From an uncultured archaeon (lineage in GTDB: Archaea > Asgardarchaeota > Lokiarchaeia > Sigyniarchaeales > SOKP01): a stretch of 58,485 nt of DNA. A program made the position numbers and the translations under genes. The stretch's first letter is position 1; every line of letters begins with the position of its first letter. Below the pieces are notes generated by a model, which saw nothing but the letters and a program-made list of their open reading frames with translations, made no database searches and was not told the origin of the DNA. The stretch covers positions 1-58,485 of the forward strand of contig CAZOYD010000012.1 in assembly GCA_964583985.1 (NCBI GenBank), written 5' to 3'. Of the stretch, positions 43,625 to 53,911 are shown one piece after another.

Positions 43625-43726
43625 AGCCCCAGGGGGGATTTCCATTCGACAGCGAGATGCTACCATGTTTTGAACCCCCGACCTTTGCCTTACCAAGGCA
43701 ACGCAATACCGCTATGCTACTAGGGC
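43625..43726 (-). tRNA. tRNA-Thr(GGU) with a 30-nt intron in the T-loop (43639-43668, position 59/60)
   Basis: GCCCTAG/CTGGGGC acceptor stem, TTGCC-TTGGTAA-GGCAA anticodon arm, GGGGG-TTCAAA|T-CCCCC T arm; central helix UUCA/UGGA, cuts AA|A and AA|U. Confidence 0.92.
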
Positions 43727-43754
43727 TTACATAAGAGGTTTGATATGTATTATT

Positions 43755-43762
43755 TTATAAAT
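43755..43762 (-). promoter_or_regulatory. TATA box for the tRNA-Thr/tRNA-Met pair
   Basis: TTTATAAA about 29 nt upstream of the mature tRNA-Thr 5' end. Confidence 0.55.
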
Positions 43763-43852
43763 TATTGCTAAATTAAAAATTTTCTTACTTAGAATGGCAT
43801 TTTAAAAAATTCAAAAATTGAATAAAAAAAAGGTTGATTTTTGTGTTTTGAT

Positions 43853-44524
43853 TTATAATAACGCAGTGATTAAAACTCCCAAAGTGATATTAAACTGGGC
43901 TAAGATGTAGGTTGTCATAATAATTGTACGTCCTTGGGTGATTTCCTTATCCCATTTATTTACTGCTATTGTTGAATCAGAAATTATGAAGGAAATCGAA
44001 CCGACATACACTAAGATAAATGGCAATCCTTGGAATTCTGCTAATCTTAAAAATGCTGCGAAGTGCATTAATAGAATAGCAACTAAATATACTAACACGG
44101 GAATTTTCATTTCACCTGCTTTAGCAATGAATCTTGGTATCGTGAAAAGTAAAATCAAGAGTACTGGTTCTAGTAAGAAAAATCCCCAAGCATTAAAGTT
44201 AGTAATGTTAGGTATGGATAAGAAAAATGAGATTATATAAAAGATTTGGTTGATTAGGAAAGCAAGCATCCCAAATAAAAACCATTTTTCTTGATCTTTT
44301 TGCATTAAGAGAACATCACCAGCCCAACCACCTAAAAATCCGATAATTATTAGCCAATCTACTTTGGCAATTGAAACTCCTTCAATTACGCCAAAAATAT
44401 AAAACAGAATTAGTAAGGGTATTAAAAGTGGTTTAGTAGAAAGTTCAATCTTTCTCTTATCTTTATATTCGCTAAACACTTCTACTATAGCGACAATAAA
44501 GAAGGTAATTAAAAATATATACAA
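43853..44524 (-). CDS. YhhN/lysoplasmalogenase family membrane protein
   Basis: TKPLL, GDVLL, FLFGMLAFL, FIISDS, TYILAQ. Confidence 0.85.
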   Translation of the reverse strand: MYIFLITFFIVAIVEVFSEYKDKRKIELSTKPLLIPLLILFYIFGVIEGVSIAKVDWLIIIGFLGGWAGDVLLMQKDQEKWFLFGMLAFLINQIFYIISFFLSIPNITNFNAWGFFLLEPVLLILLFTIPRFIAKAGEMKIPVLVYLVAILLMHFAAFLRLAEFQGLPFILVYVGSISFIISDSTIAVNKWDKEITQGRTIIMTTYILAQFNITLGVLITALL

Positions 44525-44785
44525 TTATGGTTTTCACTAATAAGATTTTTATTTTTATGATATTTTATTTATTAAAAAATTTACATGGCATTTTAGTCAA
44601 ACCTCCTCTGGTTTTTATCTTTAATTGAGATCCATGAATTAATTATCTTCTCAATAGGAGTATTTACAACATCATATTAGTTCTTTTTTTGCCACGAAAA
44701 AGGGATGTTATATCTATCTTTAAATAAAGAGATTAAGATTATTTCATTGCTTTTAGTACAAAAAATATTCATATGGGAATTAGCG

Positions 44786-45220
44786 ATGATTGCGGAAGAA
44801 TTTTGGATTCTTGATTGCGAAGGAAAACCATTGTATACATTCACTTTAGAAGGAAAATCACGATCTGATTTACTTAGTGGTTTTTTTCAAACGATTCAAT
44901 CATTTGCACGAAATATTATCGAAGACGATCAAGAACATGTAAGTTTTGTTACTTTAGGAGAGTTTAACTATAATTTTCATTATAATGCGATTTATAACTT
45001 GTATTTCATCTTGAAGTGTGCTAAAAAAACCAAAAGGAAAGCCATTAAATCGCTTATTTCAACAATTGAGAACTTATTTATAGAAGATTATCGAGCAGAA
45101 TTAGTTAAACCTGAAATTGATCCCTCAAAATTTGAGAAGTTTCAAACTAAGATTGAAAAGTTTTTTGTCAAAGATATGGTGGATCAAATGGCAGAGAGGA
45201 TGAAATCGAATTCAGGTTAA
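44786..45220 (+). CDS. Longin-like domain protein
   Basis: MIAEEFWILDCEGKPLY...LLSGFFQTIQSFA...FQTKIE is a typical Asgard longin pattern; start moved to 44786. Confidence 0.7.
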   Translation: MIAEEFWILDCEGKPLYTFTLEGKSRSDLLSGFFQTIQSFARNIIEDDQEHVSFVTLGEFNYNFHYNAIYNLYFILKCAKKTKRKAIKSLISTIENLFIEDYRAELVKPEIDPSKFEKFQTKIEKFFVKDMVDQMAERMKSNSG

Positions 45221-45278
45221 AGATTAAGCATTTATTTAATAACTCATAAAAAATTATGGGAAGATAATGAGCATCTAT

Positions 45279-45482
45279 TTAGAATTTTATGGTATTGACT
45301 AACAGAGAGATGATCAAAATTAATCCGATAATTATCGCTGCATTCATAAGCACTACTTTAGCTAAACTGAAACTAATTTTCTGATTTAATCTTTTTTTTG
45401 ACGTTTTTGAATGGATATCTTTACCATGAAAAAACATGATAACATCTTTTTCTTTTTCTGTGGTGCTTTCATTCGCACTCAT
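45279..45482 (-). CDS. Small protein with a C-terminal TM helix
   Basis: 67-aa ORF with a hydrophobic C-terminus. Confidence 0.45.
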   Translation of the reverse strand: MSANESTTEKEKDVIMFFHGKDIHSKTSKKRLNQKISFSLAKVVLMNAAIIIGLILIISLLVNTIKF

Positions 45483-45615
45483 ATTAACACTTTTTTATTA
45501 ATTTGGTTAATTTTAACGGAGCAGGGGTGAGATAAATTTTCACCCCTACTTCCAATTTTGCATGAGAAGCGTCATCCATGTTGATTTCCGCCCCCGGATG
45601 GTACCTCGATCGTTC

Positions 45616-46014
45616 CTATTCCAATTTTGATCCACATCTATGACAGAATATTGCATCTCTTTCAATTTTGGTACCACAAAATTGACAAAATCGAACAATT
45701 GGACTTTCTTCATCGTCTTCTTCAACTTTCTGATATCGTGATGTTTTAACAGCTTCTTGAGGAAATTGAACCCTATATGGATTTCTAATCCGATTATTTC
45801 CTTGATTTTCAATCTTATAAACACTATTTGGTGTTGTTCTCCTCTTATTTGACGCAATAGTTGCTATTGATATGATGAAAATGATTATGAAAAAACTTGG
45901 AAAAATTGTAAATATGGGAAAAAACCTCATATTAGGAAATAAAAATATGAATCCAATGTATGCAAAAAGTATGAGTCCAATTATTATTCCAGCAGGATTA
46001 TTATTTCTTGACAT
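45616..46014 (-). CDS. Membrane protein with a C-terminal zinc ribbon
   Basis: Two N-terminal TM helices; FCQFCG...FCHRCG. Confidence 0.75.
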   Translation of the reverse strand: MSRNNNPAGIIIGLILFAYIGFIFLFPNMRFFPIFTIFPSFFIIIFIISIATIASNKRRTTPNSVYKIENQGNNRIRNPYRVQFPQEAVKTSRYQKVEEDDEESPIVRFCQFCGTKIERDAIFCHRCGSKLE

Positions 46015-46325
46015 TGATATTTTTTAAATATTTTTTTTATTTTTATATATATTAAGATATACTAATATATTTAAATGTTCGTAAATTCTATAAAATACCG
46101 CTAAATTAAGTTAATCTCATTGATAAAGATTAATTTGAATATATATTTTTATATACTATATATTTTTTTGTGATCGATTTTTTTGGAGAAATGTATATAA
46201 TTCTATATATGAATGAAAAGAAAAGTGATTTTTATTGCTTCAAATTATACATAAGCTCAAAATTTATTAATATAAATGTATATATACTTATTAAATACTA
46301 AAAAAAAGGGGATATCAAACCGAAG

Positions 46326-47081
46326 ATGATGGACGAGATGGAAAAAAATAAAAAAAATGATGGCGATGAAAATGAAGAAGATGTATCAGAGAGTGAATTG
46401 AAGGATAAACCGATTTACGTAAAAGTTTCTGATGCAACGCGGATGATAATAGATAAATATAAGAATCTAGGTGTGACAATATCCAATTTAATTCGAGATG
46501 CAATAACTACATATGATGAGTATAATTCCATGTCTCCTGAAGCTCAAGGAATCATCGAAAAATATAAAACTCAAGAAGAATCCGATTTTGATTTCTTGGA
46601 AAGAATGTTAAAATATTACGATGATCTAAAAAAAGAAGATAGAGATTTATGGATTCGTGCTCGTGATGAAATGAAAATGATGTTGATTGGAAAAACAACG
46701 TTTAATCAATTAATCCGAGCTGCTGCTGAACCATCTACTGCATTAGATAAACCTTTTAAAAAGAACGTATCCATTGACTTAATAATGTGGTACAATAACT
46801 CAAGACCGTTGAAAAGTTTAACAATTGAAGAAGTTATGCATACCATCCAAAAAGTTTGGGTCGTAGCGAATTATTTCTATTCAATCGACATAAATAAAAT
46901 TGCTGAAGACGAATACCACATGCTTTTTCGCCATAGACAGAATAAAAGATATTCTGAATATTGGTTGGGATACTTTACAGAATTATTAACATCAAAAGAT
47001 ATGCCTTTTCAATGCATTTTGGAGGGTCAGACCTATGATGAATCGATTTCAATCACAATTAAATTAGCTTATGAAAAATAA
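46326..47081 (+). CDS. Hypothetical protein with an N-terminal RHH-like motif (possible regulator)
   Basis: IYVKVSDATRMIIDKY...TISNLIRDAI; C-terminal alpha/beta domain not recognised. Confidence 0.6.
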   Translation: MMDEMEKNKKNDGDENEEDVSESELKDKPIYVKVSDATRMIIDKYKNLGVTISNLIRDAITTYDEYNSMSPEAQGIIEKYKTQEESDFDFLERMLKYYDDLKKEDRDLWIRARDEMKMMLIGKTTFNQLIRAAAEPSTALDKPFKKNVSIDLIMWYNNSRPLKSLTIEEVMHTIQKVWVVANYFYSIDINKIAEDEYHMLFRHRQNKRYSEYWLGYFTELLTSKDMPFQCILEGQTYDESISITIKLAYEK

Positions 47082-47135
47082 TTCCTTTATTTTATAATCA
47101 ATTGAAAACTCAACATGGACGTGTAGAATTTAAAC

Positions 47136-48209
47136 ATGAATTATTATACAAAGGACGCGTTAATTAACTCCGTGCACGAACATCTTCATTTATGTGAACT
47201 GCATTTTGATGATTATAGTTCTGCCTTGATTTCAGATTATGGGGGGCGCGTGTTAGGATTATTTCCAAGAAATAACTCTTTTAATCTTCTATGGATTAAC
47301 CCAAATATAACGGAGAATATCAAATCAAGATCTTGGGATGTCGGTGGTGATAGATATTGGATTAGTCCAGAAAAATATTTTTTTTATGAAAAACCCGAAG
47401 CTTGGGAAGGTTGGCATTGCCAGGTGGGTTTAGATCCAGCGAATTATGAAATATTAGCTGAGGATGAGAAAACTTGCACGCTTTCGACTCCAATTACGGT
47501 AAGAAATTACGTATCTAATGCACTTCTCCGGGGGGAGATAACCCGTCAATTCAAATTGATTAAAGAACCAATCAAAACAGGAGTCAAAGATTTCTGTGGA
47601 ATAGAATATATTGATGATTGTGTAATTTTTGACCCAAACATTAAAGCGAATGGTTGGTCGTTAAGTTGCGTAATTAGTGGAGGTCAAAAAAACCCTGGCA
47701 CTGTTATTGTACCGACAAGACCTGATAGCAAGCCTTTATCGTATTTCAGAGTCATTCCAGATGATAGAATTAAAAAAGCTTCAGATCATGTTTCATTCAA
47801 AATTGATGTGGATGATATCTACAAATTAGCAATTAGACCCGAAGATATTGACTTTAGTCGACGAGCAAAAATAGGTTATGTAATTAAGATCCCTAATTCT
47901 AAAGAATTTGGCTTCGTTGTTAAGCTCTCCAATGATGTTCCTAAGAACCAGAAAGATTGTTTTGATATATCAAGAGATCATCCTAAAAGTGAAATTGGAG
48001 TGATACAATCTTATAATTCTGAATCTCCAAATAAACCAGCTTTACAATTTGGGGAAATTGAACTACAATTAAATCCACTAAAGACAATAGACAATACTTC
48101 ACATGGAAAGGCAACTCATCAATTATGTGGTTATATAGGCACTAAAGATGAGATATTCGAACTTATTGATAAATACATGGGAGTGAGGAACCCTTATCTT
48201 TTTCATTGA
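47136..48209 (+). CDS. Conserved hypothetical protein (DUF6786-like, galactose mutarotase-like fold)
   Basis: YGGRVLGL, LLWINP, WDVGGDRYWISPE. Confidence 0.55.
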   Translation: MNYYTKDALINSVHEHLHLCELHFDDYSSALISDYGGRVLGLFPRNNSFNLLWINPNITENIKSRSWDVGGDRYWISPEKYFFYEKPEAWEGWHCQVGLDPANYEILAEDEKTCTLSTPITVRNYVSNALLRGEITRQFKLIKEPIKTGVKDFCGIEYIDDCVIFDPNIKANGWSLSCVISGGQKNPGTVIVPTRPDSKPLSYFRVIPDDRIKKASDHVSFKIDVDDIYKLAIRPEDIDFSRRAKIGYVIKIPNSKEFGFVVKLSNDVPKNQKDCFDISRDHPKSEIGVIQSYNSESPNKPALQFGEIELQLNPLKTIDNTSHGKATHQLCGYIGTKDEIFELIDKYMGVRNPYLFH

Positions 48210-48420
48210 GAGTTGAAATATCAAATTAAGCATGATAAATCTAATTTATAAATTATAATAATGGTTTTGCATTTGTTTTCTGCAAATTTCTCATTGATGC
48301 AATTTTTCACTAAATTATAAGGAGAAGGTATTTCTAACATTTTATCTAATATTATAATAGACGTTAAAAGCGTGAATAGTAACTATTAAAATCCAAATTT
48401 AAAAAAAAGGTGATTTTAAC

Positions 48421-48669
48421 ATGACTGATAAAAAAGATATTGAAATTGTTAAAGAATTAGATACGACTGGATTATTTTGTCCCGAACCCTTATTTGAAGT
48501 TAGAGAGATGAGTGAATCCATTGAGATAGGTCAATGTTTTAAAGTTCTTGCTGATGATCCTGCCGCTGAAGAAGATTTACTGCGCTGGGCAAAACGAACT
48601 GAAACAGAGATCTTGGATTTTAAGAAGGAAAATGATCTTTTAACATTTATTTTCAAAAAAAAGAAATAA
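48421..48669 (+). CDS. tusA: TusA/SirA sulfur carrier
   Basis: LDTTGLFCPEP, VLADDPAAEEDL. Confidence 0.9.
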   Translation: MTDKKDIEIVKELDTTGLFCPEPLFEVREMSESIEIGQCFKVLADDPAAEEDLLRWAKRTETEILDFKKENDLLTFIFKKKK

Positions 48670-48680
48670 TGGTAATAAAA

Positions 48681-49043
48681 ATGAGTGAAAAAAAAACCAT
48701 ATTATATGTACAAACAAGCCATGACCCAGAACGCCAATATTCACCATTAGTATTAGCTCAATCTGCTATAGCAATGGATGTAAACGCGATTGTTTATTAT
48801 TTAGGAACAAGTTTAAGGATTTTAAAACCAGGCGAAGCTGAAAAGATTAAATTAGGTGATTTTCCTAGCGTCAGAGAAATGATCGATAAGGCATTAAAAA
48901 TGGGGGTAAAATTCTATGTATGCGAAGCTTCGAAAAGGATGTTGGGCTGGGATAAGGTCGAATTAATTCCGAATCTTAAGATTGTGGGAGCAGCAACATT
49001 GAACGATCTTGCTTTGGAGGCAGATGCCACCATGTGGTTTTAA
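48681..49043 (+). CDS. DsrE/DsrF-like protein
   Basis: LAQSAIAMD, GVKFYVCEAS, IVGAATL. Confidence 0.85.
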   Translation: MSEKKTILYVQTSHDPERQYSPLVLAQSAIAMDVNAIVYYLGTSLRILKPGEAEKIKLGDFPSVREMIDKALKMGVKFYVCEASKRMLGWDKVELIPNLKIVGAATLNDLALEADATMWF

Positions 49044-49075
49044 TCGATTTTTTTTAAATAATAGAGGAAAAAAAA

Positions 49076-50269
49076 ATGAGCGTATATTTAGATTATCAAG
49101 CGGCAAAACCGGTTGATGAAAGGGTTGTACAAGAGATGCTACCGTATTTTACTAAAGATTATGCTAATCCTGCATCGCTTCATGGCCATGGGGATATTGC
49201 CACGGAAATTTTAAAGCAATCTCGCCAAAAAGTTGCTGATTTTATAAACGCGCCTGATCCTGAAGATATTCTTTTCACATCTGGAGCAACAGAATCGAAC
49301 AATTTGGCGTTAATCGGTTCAGCGTTAAAAAATAAGCGCAAAGGAGACCATATCATCATATCCGATATTGAACACATTTCAATACTAAATATCGGCAAAT
49401 ATTTAGAACAACAAGGCTTTAGAGTTAGTAGGGTTCCTGTCGATCAATACGGAATCGTTATACTTGATAAGTTAAAAAAATTGATTACAGATAAAACAAT
49501 CATGATTTCTATTTCTACGGCGAGCAACGAAGTTGGTAGTTTACAACCCGTTGAAGACATTGCCCAGATCGCCAATGAAAAGAAGATCTTATTCCATACG
49601 GATGCGGTACCGAGCGAAGCGGTTATTCCAATTGATGTTCAAAAAGTACCATTTGATTTGATGACTTTTTCATCCAATGATATTTATGGACCAAGAGGAG
49701 TTGGAGCGTTATATTTGAAGAAAGGAGTAAGGGTTAATCCAATTCTCATTGGTGGTGGTCAAGAGAAAGGAATGAGATCTGGTTCTGAAAATATGACTGG
49801 TATAGTAGGGTTTGCAAAAGCGGCTGAAATCATGAAATCTGTTATAAACGAAGAGGCATCCCGATTAAAAAAATTACGTGATAAATTAATTTCAAGCGTA
49901 CTTGAGGCAATACCTAATTCCTATTTAAATGGACATCCCGTAAAACGACTGCCTAATAATGCTCACTTCAGATTTGATTACATTGAAGGTGAATCTTTAA
50001 TATTATCGTTAAGAGATGAAAATGTGAGTGGTGCTACGGGATCTGCATGCTCTTCTAAGACATTAGAAGCATCTCACACATTACTTGCTATGGGATTATT
50101 ACATGAAGAAGCTCATGGAAGTTTATTATTTTCTTTAGGAAGATATTCAAAAGAATCTGATATTGATAGAGTAATAGAAGTTTTACCAGGTGTTGTTAGA
50201 AGGTTAAGAAAATTGTCTCCGTTAACACCACCAAATTTTTTAGAAAAATATAATGAGGTGAATAAATAA
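49076..50269 (+). CDS. iscS: IscS/NifS-family protein; PLP-binding Lys replaced by Asp
   Basis: YLDYQA, ANPASLH, FTSGATESNN, EHISI, GSACSS (catalytic Cys); SSNDIYGPRG in place of SGHKIYGPKG. Confidence 0.9.
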   Translation: MSVYLDYQAAKPVDERVVQEMLPYFTKDYANPASLHGHGDIATEILKQSRQKVADFINAPDPEDILFTSGATESNNLALIGSALKNKRKGDHIIISDIEHISILNIGKYLEQQGFRVSRVPVDQYGIVILDKLKKLITDKTIMISISTASNEVGSLQPVEDIAQIANEKKILFHTDAVPSEAVIPIDVQKVPFDLMTFSSNDIYGPRGVGALYLKKGVRVNPILIGGGQEKGMRSGSENMTGIVGFAKAAEIMKSVINEEASRLKKLRDKLISSVLEAIPNSYLNGHPVKRLPNNAHFRFDYIEGESLILSLRDENVSGATGSACSSKTLEASHTLLAMGLLHEEAHGSLLFSLGRYSKESDIDRVIEVLPGVVRRLRKLSPLTPPNFLEKYNEVNK

Positions 50270-51073
50270 ATGAAATCAACAAGTTATTCAGATAAAGTAT
50301 TGGACCATTTTAGAAACCCAAGAAATGTTGGTGAAATTGAAAATGCGGATGGGGTTGGAAAAGTCGGAAATCCCGTTTGTGGGGATTTAATGTGGATCTA
50401 TATTAAAGTTGGGAAAAATGATAAGGGAGAAGAAATAATAGATGATATCAAATTTAAGACATTTGGATGCGGTTCAGCAGTATCTACATCCTCAATGGTA
50501 ACTGAAATGGCAAAAGGTATGACACTCGACGAAGCGTACAAAATTACTCGCAAAGATGTTGCTGAAGAGTTAGATGGATTGCCTCCAATCAAGATGCATT
50601 GTTCAAATCTAGCAGCAGATGCTTTAAAAGCAGCAATTGATAATTATCGCACGGGAGCAGAACCCGACGTGGAAATTGCAACATCTTGCCAATTAGATAC
50701 CCGACTCATAATAGGTGTTGAGAAATTCGTTGGGAAGGGAGTCTACAAGGAGATCCCAGCAAATCTTGAGGAATTTAAGGATAAAAGAACTCTTGTTCTT
50801 GATTCTGGTGATGCATCTTTAGAACTTGCTTTAAAATTAACCAAAGTGACAGGAAGGGTTATTGTAGTAACATCCGCTAAATCCACACCTGGATCGGTTG
50901 AATTAAGAAAGGAGCTAAATCATTCAGAAGTTAAAATCCTGTATCAATCAGATATATTAGAAGTAATGGGTCAAATGGACGAAGTCGAAAAAGTCTTAAT
51001 CCACGATTATGACGAGGATGAAAACTACGAGTTACGCGTTGATGCCGTCATACTAATCGATTATCGAGGTTAA
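50270..51073 (+). CDS. iscU: IscU/NifU-N Fe-S scaffold fused to a degenerate thioredoxin-reductase-like NAD(P)-binding domain
   Basis: DHFRNPRNVG, NPVCGD, FGCGSA, LPPIKMHCS; extra ~130-aa Rossmann-like C-terminus. Confidence 0.88.
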   Translation: MKSTSYSDKVLDHFRNPRNVGEIENADGVGKVGNPVCGDLMWIYIKVGKNDKGEEIIDDIKFKTFGCGSAVSTSSMVTEMAKGMTLDEAYKITRKDVAEELDGLPPIKMHCSNLAADALKAAIDNYRTGAEPDVEIATSCQLDTRLIIGVEKFVGKGVYKEIPANLEEFKDKRTLVLDSGDASLELALKLTKVTGRVIVVTSAKSTPGSVELRKELNHSEVKILYQSDILEVMGQMDEVEKVLIHDYDEDENYELRVDAVILIDYRG

Positions 51074-51391
51074 ATTTTTTATTTAAAATATTTAATATTT
51101 TTTATTCTTGTTTTAAATGATAATGCATACTTGAAATTATTTATAATGACGGTAATATGAATTCATAACAAGATACATTCTAATTTTCTAAATTTATTGC
51201 CTTTTCTAAATATAAACAATTATTTTTCAAAATTAAATATCAAATTAATATTTATTTAAGATTTTATCTTTCGATTAGGTGAAATGCATAATTCATAATG
51301 AAGAGATTTAAATTTAACAGTAAATTTTGCAATTTAAAAAGTAGTGCTTATTCTACACATAACTTAAAAAATAAAAAATTTTGATGAAATT

Positions 51392-53776
51392 ATGAAAACT
51401 GTAGTTATAATTGGTGGAGTGGCTGGTGGAGCATCAGCAGCTGCACGATTAAGAAGATTAAATGAACAAGTTGAAATAATTGTCATAGAAAAGGGTCCAT
51501 ATGTTTCTTTCGCTAATTGTGGTCTTCCATATTACGTGGGGCATGTAATTAAATATCGCGAACAACTTGAACTCATGACTCCTAAGGACTTCTTGGATCG
51601 ATTCAATATTAATATTAAGATCAACCACGAAGCCATCTCGATTGAAAAAGATAAAAAAATCGTTAATGTAAAAAATTTAGAAACGGGCCAGAACTTAAAT
51701 TTAAGCTATGATTACCTGATACTCTCCCCAGGAGCATCACCAATCATACCCCCGTTTAAAGGCCTTGAAGAAGTTCCATTTTTTACTTTGAGATCAATTC
51801 CAGATTCAGTGAATATCAAGGAATTTGCTGAAAACAATAAGGTAAAGCATGCTACGATAATTGGGGGAGGATACATAGGTCTAGAAATGGCAGAAAATTT
51901 AAGAGCGCGCGGTATAAGAGTGAAAATCGTGGAAATGTTAGATCAAGTTTTATCTCCACTTGATAAAGAAATGGCTCAATTTGTTCATCAAGAATTAATC
52001 CTAAATGGAGTATGTCTTCAATTGGGGGATGCTGTAGACTCCTTCAAATGTGACGAAAATAACCATAATTTCGTAATCCCAAAAAGTGGAAAAAAGATAG
52101 AAACTGACATGATAATTCTAGCTATTGGAGTAAAACCAGAAAATAAACTGGCTAAGGATGCAGGCATAGAAATCGGACCAAAAGGTCATATTATGGTTAA
52201 TCAACACATGCTTACTTCGGACCCGAATATTTACGCTGTGGGTGATGTCGTTCAAGTGAAACAATTACAAACTCAAGATTTTACTGCGATTCCATTAGCT
52301 GGTCCAGCGAATAAGCAAGGTCGGATTGCCGCAGATAATATTGCAGGACGTAATTCTATCTATAAGGGAGTATTAGGCGCTTCCGTGTTAAAAGTTTTTG
52401 ATCTATCTGTAGCATTCGTTGGATTAAACGAACGGCAAGTAAAGGCTTTAAATTACAATTATGAAAAGGTATATCTCCATCCAAATAATCATGCTGGGTA
52501 CTATCCTGGAGCATTTCCAATAGCTATGAAATTAATATTTGAAGTTCCTAGTGGAAAAATATTAGGAGTACAAGCAGTTGGAGGCATGGGGACAGAAAAA
52601 AGAATTGATGTTATTTCAACTGTCATCAAGTTTGGAGGAACTGTATTTGATTTAGAGGAATTGGAACTTTCATACGCTCCTCCTTACGGATCCGCTAAAG
52701 ATCCAGTCAACATGGCCGGTTTTATCGCATCGAACGTGTTAAAAGGCGATATGCCAGTATGGCAATGGCATGACCTGGAAGAAATAACTAAAAATAATAG
52801 TTTCTTGCTTGATGTTAGGACTCCAGAAGAATTCGAGATTGGAACTATTAAGGATGCCCATAACATTAATGACTTAGAACTAAGAAGTCGGTTAGATGAA
52901 ATTCCCCAAGAAAAATCGATTTACGTTTTCTGCGAAGTCGGATTTCGCGGGTATTTAGCAACTAGACTTTTAATGCAAAATGGGTATAAAAAAGTATATA
53001 ATCTTACTGGAGGGTACAAAACATTTGAAATGGCAAGAATGACGACTGAAGAAATTGCTGCAGCATGCGGTCCTTCGGAAGAATTAATAGAAGAAATGAT
53101 GGAATCAAAAACTGTTGAAACTAAAGAATTCATGGAAGTCGATGCCTGTGGGATTTCATGTCCTGGACCTTTAAATGCCTTAATCAAAGGATTGGAATCA
53201 TTGCCTGAAAATAAAAAGTTAAAAATTTATGCGACTGACCCCGGTTTCAAATCTAGCGTTGAAGCATATTCAAAGCTCAATGATTCAGTTCGATTGCTAT
53301 CACTTGGAAAAGAAAGTGGCAAATTGGTTGCGGTTTTAGAGAAAAGAAAGATCGAAGCAGAAGAAATGAAAGCTTCCGTTGAAATCATCAAGAAATCAAG
53401 AAAAGAGCGGAGAGGTCCTAACGCACCAGCACTTTCTCAAATTGATGCTCAAGAACTTTATGAAAGACTCGAAACTAGTGATGCACCAGCAATTTTAGTG
53501 GATGTTAGAACACCTGAAGAATTTCACGGGAGAGCGGGACATATTCCCGGTTCGAAGTTAATTCCATTAGGAGATTTGATGACCAATATGGACGACTTGA
53601 ATGAATATAAAGATGAAGAGATAGTGGTCATTTGTCAGAGTGGCTCTCGTTCGATGATGGCATCCCAACTAATGACAATAGCAGGATTCAAGGATGTGAG
53701 AAACTTAACAGGTGGAATCATTGCTTGGCATCGTAAGGGATTTCCAGTACAACCTGCTATGGCTGATTATGAATAA
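51392..53776 (+). CDS. CoA-disulfide/persulfide reductase fused to rhodanese, TusA and a second rhodanese
   Basis: GGVAGG, SFANCGLPY, GGGYIG, YAPPY; DVRTPEEF..CEVGFRG; DACGISCPGP; DVRTPEEF..CQSGSRS. Confidence 0.9.
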   Translation: MKTVVIIGGVAGGASAAARLRRLNEQVEIIVIEKGPYVSFANCGLPYYVGHVIKYREQLELMTPKDFLDRFNINIKINHEAISIEKDKKIVNVKNLETGQNLNLSYDYLILSPGASPIIPPFKGLEEVPFFTLRSIPDSVNIKEFAENNKVKHATIIGGGYIGLEMAENLRARGIRVKIVEMLDQVLSPLDKEMAQFVHQELILNGVCLQLGDAVDSFKCDENNHNFVIPKSGKKIETDMIILAIGVKPENKLAKDAGIEIGPKGHIMVNQHMLTSDPNIYAVGDVVQVKQLQTQDFTAIPLAGPANKQGRIAADNIAGRNSIYKGVLGASVLKVFDLSVAFVGLNERQVKALNYNYEKVYLHPNNHAGYYPGAFPIAMKLIFEVPSGKILGVQAVGGMGTEKRIDVISTVIKFGGTVFDLEELELSYAPPYGSAKDPVNMAGFIASNVLKGDMPVWQWHDLEEITKNNSFLLDVRTPEEFEIGTIKDAHNINDLELRSRLDEIPQEKSIYVFCEVGFRGYLATRLLMQNGYKKVYNLTGGYKTFEMARMTTEEIAAACGPSEELIEEMMESKTVETKEFMEVDACGISCPGPLNALIKGLESLPENKKLKIYATDPGFKSSVEAYSKLNDSVRLLSLGKESGKLVAVLEKRKIEAEEMKASVEIIKKSRKERRGPNAPALSQIDAQELYERLETSDAPAILVDVRTPEEFHGRAGHIPGSKLIPLGDLMTNMDDLNEYKDEEIVVICQSGSRSMMASQLMTIAGFKDVRNLTGGIIAWHRKGFPVQPAMADYE

Positions 53777-53911
53777 TAAGAAAATAAATCGTTGTATAAC
53801 TTCAATTTTATTTTTAAGTAAAAAAAGTTAAAATATGCTTTGGATTATTATTACCAAATTCATTAAAAAATCGTATTAATATTAATTAAAATTATTAAAG
53901 AGGTTGACATA

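Noticed and set aside
43418-43696. 92-aa ORF
   Set aside because: Overlaps the two tRNA genes; spurious
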